Of a stretch of DNA of 51,638 nucleotides, positions 46,318 to 51,638 are shown piece by piece. The position numbers were made by a program, and so were the translations under genes. How positions within the stretch are numbered: the first letter of the stretch is position 1; the number at the start of each line of letters is the position of its first letter. The notes below the pieces were generated by a model. It saw only the letters and a program-made list of their open reading frames with translations, was not told where the DNA came from and made no database searches. The stretch is from an uncultured Candidatus Saccharibacteria bacterium (GTDB lineage Bacteria > Patescibacteriota > Minisyncoccia > Phycocordibacterales > UBA6899), in contig CAZUMX010000003.1 in assembly GCA_964622275.1 (NCBI GenBank), positions 1-51,638 of the forward strand, given 5' to 3'.

Positions 46318-46347
46318 AAACGGAGGCTTTGGCCTCCGTTTTTCTTT
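46318..46347 (+). terminator. Rho-independent terminator
   Basis: Stem AAACGGAGGC/GCCTCCGTTT with loop tttg, followed by TTTCTTT. Confidence 0.8.
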
Positions 46348-46380
46348 GTCCGAACGGCATAAAACCTGTAGGATAGCGCT

Positions 46381-47604
46381 ATGACCGACCGATTCAGCTA
46401 CGAGATTGTGAAAAAAGGCCCGACACCACTTGCCCGTGCGGGTATCATTCACACGCCTCACGGAGACATCCATACTCCGGCATTTCTCGTTGTCGGCACT
46501 CAAGCGACCGTGAAAGGCGTCTCCATGCCCGAACTCGCACCCATCAAGCCCGAGGGACTCCTCGCTAACGCCTACCATCTGTACCTCGACCCTGGGCACG
46601 AGCTTGTCGAGAAGGCTGGGGGAGTCGCGAAGATGATGGGTTGGAACGGTCCCACCATGACCGACTCGGGAGGATTCCAAGTCTTCTCGCTCGGTGCTGC
46701 GTTTGGGAATGCTGTCTCCAAAGTCGCTAAGGGCGAGGTCGCGGGCGAAACTCCGAACAAAGGTATCTCGGCAGAGACAGCGCAAGGAGGGAAGTTCGTG
46801 AAGATCGACGAAGAAGGCGTCGACTTCACCTCGCATCGCGATGGGGGGAAGCACCGCTTCACACCCGAGCGATCGATGGAGATCCAGCGGGCCATCGGCG
46901 CGGATATCATCGTCGCATTCGACGAGTGCACGTCACCAACTGAAAAAGAGGAGTACCAGAAAGCCGCGATGGAGCGTACCCACCGCTGGGCCAAGCGCTG
47001 TGTCGAAGCTCACGCCAAGGGCGGGACGAAGGGGATGCAAGCGCTCTACGGAGTCGTCCAAGGTGGACAATTCAAACATCTGCGTGAAGAGAGTGCGCGG
47101 ACCCTCGGCGCCATGGACTTCGAAGGATACGCTATCGGAGGCTCATTCACTAAAGAAGACATCGCCACTGCGGTGGGCTGGGTCGACGCCATTCTTCCCG
47201 AGGACAAACCGCGCCACCTTCTTGGCATCGGCGAGCCCGAGGATATCTTCCTCGGTGTCGAGCAGGGGATAGACACCTTCGATTGCGTGATCCCCACCCG
47301 CATGGGGCGCCACGGCCAAGTCTTCACAAAGTCAGGCAAGGTGAACCTTCAGAATTCCAAGTTCCGCGAACTCCTCGAGCCTATAGAGAAAGACTGCGCG
47401 TGCTACACCTGCTCGTTCGCCACCTGTGCCTACCTCTCTCATCTCTATCGTACAGGGGAGTCGCTCGCGGGGACCTTGGCGGCGATTCACAATATTCATT
47501 TCCTTGTCTCCCTTGTGCGCAACATCCGCGAGTCGCTCATTAGTGGTGATTTTGAATCCTACAAGCAGGCCTTTTTGAGTACTTACTTACGTTCGGACTC
47601 ATGA
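46381..47604 (+). CDS. tgt: tRNA-guanine transglycosylase family protein (divergent)
   Basis: TDSGGFQVFSLG, FDECTSP, FDCVIPTR and the zinc motif CACYTC...H. Has an insertion after FSLG and an altered GGSFTKE pocket segment (see finding). Confidence 0.9.
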   Translation: MTDRFSYEIVKKGPTPLARAGIIHTPHGDIHTPAFLVVGTQATVKGVSMPELAPIKPEGLLANAYHLYLDPGHELVEKAGGVAKMMGWNGPTMTDSGGFQVFSLGAAFGNAVSKVAKGEVAGETPNKGISAETAQGGKFVKIDEEGVDFTSHRDGGKHRFTPERSMEIQRAIGADIIVAFDECTSPTEKEEYQKAAMERTHRWAKRCVEAHAKGGTKGMQALYGVVQGGQFKHLREESARTLGAMDFEGYAIGGSFTKEDIATAVGWVDAILPEDKPRHLLGIGEPEDIFLGVEQGIDTFDCVIPTRMGRHGQVFTKSGKVNLQNSKFRELLEPIEKDCACYTCSFATCAYLSHLYRTGESLAGTLAAIHNIHFLVSLVRNIRESLISGDFESYKQAFLSTYLRSDS

Positions 47605-47769
47605 AATAGGCCCGCCTACTTCGTTGCTTTCGCTCGAACTCTGTCACCGTACACTGAGTACGGCTCCAGAGATTCTTTACGAAAGACGCCTCGTATTCGG
47701 ACCCATTTCCTGGGTCCTTTAAAAGGTGTAAAATATTAATGTCGAATAGTTTGTATTCCTGAAGTAAAC

Positions 47770-48171
47770 ATGAAAATAAACATCCCTGCGATTCTCCTTT
47801 ATGGTTCTCTTTCACTTGGATTCCTTCCAGCCCTGGCTTTGGCTCAAGGTGAGGGTATAAAAGCACAACAGGACTATATTCAAAGCACTTATTATGAGCC
47901 GAGATATCCCGGTGGAAAATCTCCTGCGGAATCCTACGCTGATTCACAAAAAGTAGTCGAAGCTGCAATTCGTGGGGAGTCGTACAGTGTCATAACTGCA
48001 ACGGCTAGTCTGGCCACAAGCGGGACAATAACCACTACCACAGTAGCAGACGAAGCAATCTCCATAAAAGATGAAGAAAAGAATTTATTTCTCTCATTCT
48101 TAATAATATTTACTGTACTTTTATTTGGAATTATCCTCGCTGGAGTGCTTCAGAAAAAGGAAACTAAGTAA
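47770..48171 (+). CDS. Exported protein with C-terminal membrane anchor (133 aa)
   Basis: Signal peptide MKINIPAILLYGSLSLGFLPALALA and a C-terminal TM FLSFLIIFTVLLFGIILAGVL. Confidence 0.6.
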   Translation: MKINIPAILLYGSLSLGFLPALALAQGEGIKAQQDYIQSTYYEPRYPGGKSPAESYADSQKVVEAAIRGESYSVITATASLATSGTITTTTVADEAISIKDEEKNLFLSFLIIFTVLLFGIILAGVLQKKETK

Positions 48172-48184
48172 GAGTTTGATTTTT

Positions 48185-48373
48185 ATGAAAGAAAATAAAC
48201 AATCTGCTATTTGGGGAGGAGCCACTGTGGGTCTAATTGTCGGTCTGATTTTAGGTTTCTTCATCTCTCCATATTGGTATACCGTAGGACGGGCGGTGAT
48301 AGTCGGAATACTTATTGGAATTGGAGCGAATATTCTTGCGTTCATTGGGAATCTCTTCCAAAAAAATAATTAA
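48185..48373 (+). CDS. Small two-helix membrane protein (62 aa)
   Basis: ATG 48185 (MKENKQSAIWGGATVGLIVGLILGFF...). The longer track ORF would overlap the previous gene. Confidence 0.5.
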   Translation: MKENKQSAIWGGATVGLIVGLILGFFISPYWYTVGRAVIVGILIGIGANILAFIGNLFQKNN

Positions 48374-48418
48374 CGGTTCTTTTTAATTAAGGTTTCATTG
48401 TGTATAACTCGTTGCGTT

Positions 48419-48434
48419 CATATATCTATATATG
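48419..48434. promoter_or_regulatory. 7-2-7 inverted repeat upstream of ArsR-family gene (possible operator)
   Basis: CATATAT-ct-ATATATG lies 14 nt before ATG 48448. Confidence 0.4.
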
Positions 48435-48447
48435 CTAATATTCGCAT

Positions 48448-48732
48448 ATGTCAGAATTGTGCAAGGAGATGGCGCGATTGGGGAAGGGGATCGGCAACGA
48501 GAACCGCTTCACTGTGCTTCAGGCCCTTATGAAGGGTCCGCACACCGTGGGTGAGGTCGCGAAGCTCGTGAAGCTCCCGCAGCCGGCTGTCTCTCAGCAC
48601 CTCAAGATTCTGAAAGAGGCGGAACTCGTCGTGAGTACGCGCATGGGGCAAGAGGTCATCTATAGCGTGAACGTCGGCTATATGGCCGAGCTCCTCAAGA
48701 AGCTCTCGGTAGGTCTGCCTCCCAAGAAGTAG
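48448..48732 (+). CDS. ArsR/SmtB-family winged-helix transcriptional regulator
   Basis: NRFTVLQALMKGPHTVGEVAKLVKLPQPAVSQHLKILKEAELV is a typical ArsR HTH. Confidence 0.85.
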   Translation: MSELCKEMARLGKGIGNENRFTVLQALMKGPHTVGEVAKLVKLPQPAVSQHLKILKEAELVVSTRMGQEVIYSVNVGYMAELLKKLSVGLPPKK

Positions 48733-48802
48733 CACGTTTATCGGATAGATGGCCCGTCATCGAGCCAAGCAGTTTTCTTAATACCTAAATCACAAAAATC
48801 AT

Positions 48803-49420
48803 ATGTCATACGACACACTCGCATCCAAAGATACTGTTGCAACAACAGTAAAGAATCTCTCTGATCGCGGATTTCTCCCTGAGGTCATTGCCAATGGCGC
48901 TGACGCACTAGCTCGCATCAAAGCCCTTATTCCAGCAGGTGCTTCGGTCATGAACGGTTCCTCCACCACACTCTCTCAGATCGGCTTCGTTGATGTCTTG
49001 AAGCAGGGAGGTCACGGCTGGAATAACCTCCACGACGCCATCCTCGCCGAGAAGGATCCCGCCAAGCAGGCCGAGCTCCGTAAGCACTCTGTTGTCTCCG
49101 ACGTCTACTTGGGAAGCGCACATGCCATCGCCAAGACCGGTGAGATCGTCATCGCCTCTGCATCTGGAAGCCAGCTTCCGCACGTCGTCTTCACCTCGCA
49201 GACCGTCATCCTCGTCGTGAGCACACAGAAGATCACTGACTCCCTCGCATCAGCACAGGAAAGACTCGAGCAGCACGTCATCCCGCTTGAAGACGCACGC
49301 ATGAAGAGCGTCAACATGGGAGGCACCGTCCTCGCCAAGGAGTTCATTTGGAAAGTCGAGCCTGCATTCACCGGCCGCAAAATCCACATCCTCCTTGTCG
49401 AAGAAAAGCTCGGATTCTAA
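48803..49420 (+). CDS. LUD-domain (DUF162, LutC/YkgG-like) protein
   Basis: The overall pattern (…GSSTTLSQIG…, VYLGSAHAIAKTGEIVIASASGSQ, ILLVEEKLG) resembles LUD-domain proteins. This is from memory, with no search. Confidence 0.65.
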   Translation: MSYDTLASKDTVATTVKNLSDRGFLPEVIANGADALARIKALIPAGASVMNGSSTTLSQIGFVDVLKQGGHGWNNLHDAILAEKDPAKQAELRKHSVVSDVYLGSAHAIAKTGEIVIASASGSQLPHVVFTSQTVILVVSTQKITDSLASAQERLEQHVIPLEDARMKSVNMGGTVLAKEFIWKVEPAFTGRKIHILLVEEKLGF

Positions 49421-49446
49421 GTGCAATAGTGAGTACATCGCTTATA

Positions 49447-49480
49447 AAACAAAGCCTGGCCACCGATCAGGTTTTGTTTT
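49447..49480 (+). terminator. Terminator after LUD gene
   Basis: AAACAAAGCCTG pairs with CAGGTTTTGTTT (12 bp, one G-U) around a 9-nt loop. The 3' arm is itself the U tract. Confidence 0.5.
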
Positions 49481-49483
49481 ACT

Positions 49484-49527
49484 CTGTTCTTATTCTCTAA
49501 TTCTGCAGAATTAGAGAATAAGAACAG
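49484..49527. repeat. Perfect 44-bp palindrome (22+22, no spacer)
   Basis: CTGTTCTTATTCTCTAATTCTG|CAGAATTAGAGAATAAGAACAG, verified base by base. It ends 19 nt before ATG 49547. Confidence 0.95.
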
Positions 49528-49546
49528 AATGTGATACGATGCGCCC

Positions 49547-49831
49547 ATGAAAGAAGGTAGAAGAAAACAGCCAAAAGAGCTTGAACGAATTTTGAAGGGG
49601 GCAGCGAACCATCGAAGAATCGAAGTTTTAAGAATGTTAGAAAGACACCCCGAACGTTCATTGACAGAAATTTGTGACGAACTAAAGATGAATTTTAAAA
49701 CCGGATCTGAACATATCCGCAAGCTCACCATTGCTGGACTGATCCTCAAGCGTCGTGAATGGGCGACCATCCGTCACGCACTCTCTCCACGCGGGAAGGC
49801 GGTGCTCAAATTTTTGAGTACAATGGAATAA
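49547..49831 (+). CDS. ArsR-like winged-helix regulator (94 aa)
   Basis: HRRIEVLRMLERHPERSLTEICDELKMNFKTGSEHIRKLTIAGLI shows an ArsR-type HTH pattern. Confidence 0.7.
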   Translation: MKEGRRKQPKELERILKGAANHRRIEVLRMLERHPERSLTEICDELKMNFKTGSEHIRKLTIAGLILKRREWATIRHALSPRGKAVLKFLSTME

Positions 49832-49835
49832 TGAT

Positions 49836-50294
49836 ATGAAGTATTGGCTGATGAAATCCGAAGGGGCGTGTTATTCCATTGACGACCTCAAAAAAGATAA
49901 AAAAACAGCATGGACTGGCGTGCGCAATTATATGGCACGGAATTTTATGACACGGGATATGGAGGTAGGGGACTTCGTCCTGTTTTATCACTCAAGCTCA
50001 GAGCCCACAGGCGTGTTTGGTATTGCAAAGGTGGTCGGGAAGGCGCATTCTGACGAAACGCAATTTGACAAAAAAGATGAACACTATGATCCGAAGGCGA
50101 CAAAGGAAAAACCTATTTGGCAGTGTGTCGATGTCGCATTTATAAAAAAGTTTACTGCTCCCGTCACCCTTATGCAGATGAAACTCGATCCAGAGCTCAC
50201 GGGGATGCTCGTACTCCAAAAGGGCTCAAGGCTCTCCATTCAGCCAGTTTCTGAAAAACATTTTTTACACATTCGTTCCCTTGGGGAAAAATAA
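49836..50294 (+). CDS. EVE-domain (PUA-like) protein
   Basis: MKYWLMKSEG..YSIDDL....WTGVRNYMARNFMTRDMEVGDFVLFYHS is the classic EVE N-terminal signature. Lies 4 nt after the wHTH gene. Confidence 0.9.
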   Translation: MKYWLMKSEGACYSIDDLKKDKKTAWTGVRNYMARNFMTRDMEVGDFVLFYHSSSEPTGVFGIAKVVGKAHSDETQFDKKDEHYDPKATKEKPIWQCVDVAFIKKFTAPVTLMQMKLDPELTGMLVLQKGSRLSIQPVSEKHFLHIRSLGEK

Positions 50295-50319
50295 AATCAG
50301 CCGACCAAGGGGTCGGCTG
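50293..50319. terminator. Bidirectional terminator (EVE / GGDEF convergent)
   Basis: Stem CAGCCGACC/GGTCGGCTG with loop aagg. There is a T-rich run on the minus-strand side. Confidence 0.7.
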
Positions 50320-50324
50320 TGTAT

Positions 50325-50930
50325 TCATGCACGGCGTGATTTCTTCTCTCTCAGCATGCGCATGTCTGCTGCTTGAATGAGTCCCTCCGGAGTTGAAAAG
50401 TTTTCAGAAGAACTAGCGCACCCAATTGACACCTGGATATCGATAGTATTTTTACACTGTTCGGAAAAGTGAAGTGTATGTAATCCTCCTTTAATTTTTT
50501 CAGCAAGCTGTGTGCTATGCGATGCGTCAGTGTCGACGGCGATAATGACAAACTCGTCACCCCCGAATCTTCCGACCATGTCGCTCTGGCGTATCATGGC
50601 TCGCAGGTGGTCGGCAAACTTTCGAAGCAGGGCATCTCCGATGAGGTGCCCGTACGTATCGTTGACCGGTTTGAAATTATTGATGTCTAAAAACAATACA
50701 CTGAACTCCAGACCAAGCGGAGGGACTACGTTTTGTCCGCGCCGCCATCTGGCAAAGAGTCGACGAATTTCGTCTGTGATCAGGAGTTTCGACGCAACTC
50801 CTGTCAGTGGGTCGATCCCGTGTTCTTCACGGACAAGTTTTCGCAGCTCTTCGTTTTCTCTTTTGAGTGCGGTGTTTTCGGTACGCAGCCTAAACAGCGC
50901 AAGTTCCCCAGGTCGCAATTTTCTCGTCAC
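50325..50930 (-). CDS. Diguanylate cyclase (coiled-coil + GGDEF domain)
   Basis: DPLTGV..., FLDINNFKPVNDTYGH and RFGGDEF, with an RQSD I-site 5 residues upstream. The N-terminal 40 aa form a coiled coil. Confidence 0.9.
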   Translation of the reverse strand: MTRKLRPGELALFRLRTENTALKRENEELRKLVREEHGIDPLTGVASKLLITDEIRRLFARWRRGQNVVPPLGLEFSVLFLDINNFKPVNDTYGHLIGDALLRKFADHLRAMIRQSDMVGRFGGDEFVIIAVDTDASHSTQLAEKIKGGLHTLHFSEQCKNTIDIQVSIGCASSSENFSTPEGLIQAADMRMLREKKSRRA

Positions 50931-51001
50931 AGAGGCTCCTTGTCATCCATCAGCGGTCTATAAATGTACAAACAAATGATTCCACATGAGTAATAACATG
51001 A

Positions 51002-51517
51002 GTGAACACATTCGTCAAAAAAAGATTTTCTCGTGATACAATGCAATTCTCTTGGGTCTACATATCTATGATGTTCTTTTTTTCGAAAGTATTTCGTTCT
51101 AAAAAAGTGCGTGGCCTCCGTGGAGACCCACGGACATATGTACGGCTGAAGCCGCACACACGTGCTCTTGTTCACTCTCGTATCCGTGAGCTTAATTCAG
51201 TTTACAACGTAGCATATGGACGTATTGCTATTCGAAATGCCCGTTCGCGGTGGGGGAGCTGCTCTTCAAAGGGGAACCTTAATTTCCACTATAGACTTGT
51301 AGAGATCCCCTTGGCACTAGCAGACTATGTCATTGCGCACGAGTTATGTCACCTCAAGGAGTTTAATCATGGTCCCCAGTTTTGGGCGCTCGTTTCGAAG
51401 ACTATTCCAGACTGGAAAGAGCGAAAAAGAGCAATACAATCATTATCTCGGCAGATCCAAGAAGAGAGAATTCGTGGGTATGTCCGTACAGTCCGCACAC
51501 GCTTGGGATTGAGATAG
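51002..51517 (+). CDS. DUF45/YgjP-like (M48-type) metallopeptidase
   Basis: RWGSCSSKGNLNFHYRLVEIPLALADYVIAHELCHLKEFNHGPQFW (HExxH). The start is uncertain (for example ATG 51041). It is shorter than typical family members. Confidence 0.7.
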   Translation: MNTFVKKRFSRDTMQFSWVYISMMFFFSKVFRSKKVRGLRGDPRTYVRLKPHTRALVHSRIRELNSVYNVAYGRIAIRNARSRWGSCSSKGNLNFHYRLVEIPLALADYVIAHELCHLKEFNHGPQFWALVSKTIPDWKERKRAIQSLSRQIQEERIRGYVRTVRTRLGLR

Positions 51518-51638
51518 ACCCCATTTATCCATTTTTCAAGTTTTTTGCTCAAAGGGACACATCCATATGTGAATTGCAAGGTGTTCTCTTTTCCAAAATC
51601 CTGATACCATAAAAGACATGGAAGGATTTCAAGAACAG

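Noticed and set aside
46216-46854. A 212-aa minus-strand ORF opposite D and tgt.
   Set aside because: GC-rich genes produce long open antisense frames, and the tgt homology on the plus strand is decisive.
49484-49527. The 44-bp palindrome as the transcription terminator of the LUD gene, or as an IS/hairpin-telomere end.
   Set aside because: It has no U tract on either strand, and a separate terminator-like hairpin lies just upstream (49447-49480). No transposase, TnpA(Y1) or protelomerase gene is in the window. A structural DNA role cannot be fully excluded.
49417-49770. A 117-aa minus-strand ORF across the palindrome and the wHTH gene.
   Set aside because: It is antisense to a recognisable ArsR-type HTH gene, passes through the palindrome and terminator, and has no motif.
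51518-51638. Possible gene fragments at the right edge: a minus-strand frame ending at TGA 51549-51551, and a plus-strand ATG at 51618.
   Set aside because: Only about 7-29 codons are visible, so they cannot be evaluated. As I recall, DUF45-type genes are often neighbours of type I restriction-modification loci, but nothing in this window supports or refutes that here.
1-51638. A search for CRISPR arrays, rRNA genes, transposases/integrases and long tandem or dispersed repeats.
   Set aside because: I could find no regularly spaced direct repeats, no rRNA-like segments, and no DDE, tyrosine or serine recombinase motifs in any listed ORF. The only repeats seen are the tRNA-derived copies and the palindromes reported above.

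Overview
This 51.6-kb window looks like a compact, low-to-mid GC bacterial genome with densely packed and often overlapping genes. The gene content is consistent with a Patescibacteria/CPR-like organism, but that is an inference and not proven. Most of the window is housekeeping and cell-envelope or division machinery: pyk, tRNA-Asn, hpf, cyclophilin, fmt-def, a priA homologue, murA, two mreB paralogues, mreC/mreD-like/PBP2, frr, rseP, proS, trxB, ftsA-ftsZ, rpsU-ybeY, hisS and lepB. It also holds a processive GT2 synthase, an SLT transglycosylase, ccdA, and a five-gene alpha-glucan/glycolysis-entry cluster (glycosyltransferase, GH57, GH15, pgi, sugar kinase). From about 44.5 kb onward the window becomes mosaic. 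It contains four orphan genes bounded by strong terminators, a GC-rich divergent tgt, two small membrane proteins, and a GC-rich ArsR+LUD pair. Further right are a perfect 44-bp palindrome in front of a wHTH+EVE-domain pair, a minimal GGDEF cyclase and a DUF45-type metallopeptidase. I found no rRNA, CRISPR array, transposase or integrase. Five items merit the closest second look: (1) a tRNA-Asn-derived 154-nt nested inverted repeat with its own terminator; (2) a PriA homologue that has lost every helicase/ATPase motif; (3) a self-contained promoter/SD/36-codon/terminator mini-unit; (4) the orphan cluster at 44.6-46.3 kb; (5) the palindrome-wHTH-EVE module. I cannot assign any of these to a known defence or mobile system from sequence alone. 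Start codons are often uncertain. All functional calls rest on motifs I recognise by eye, not on database searches.
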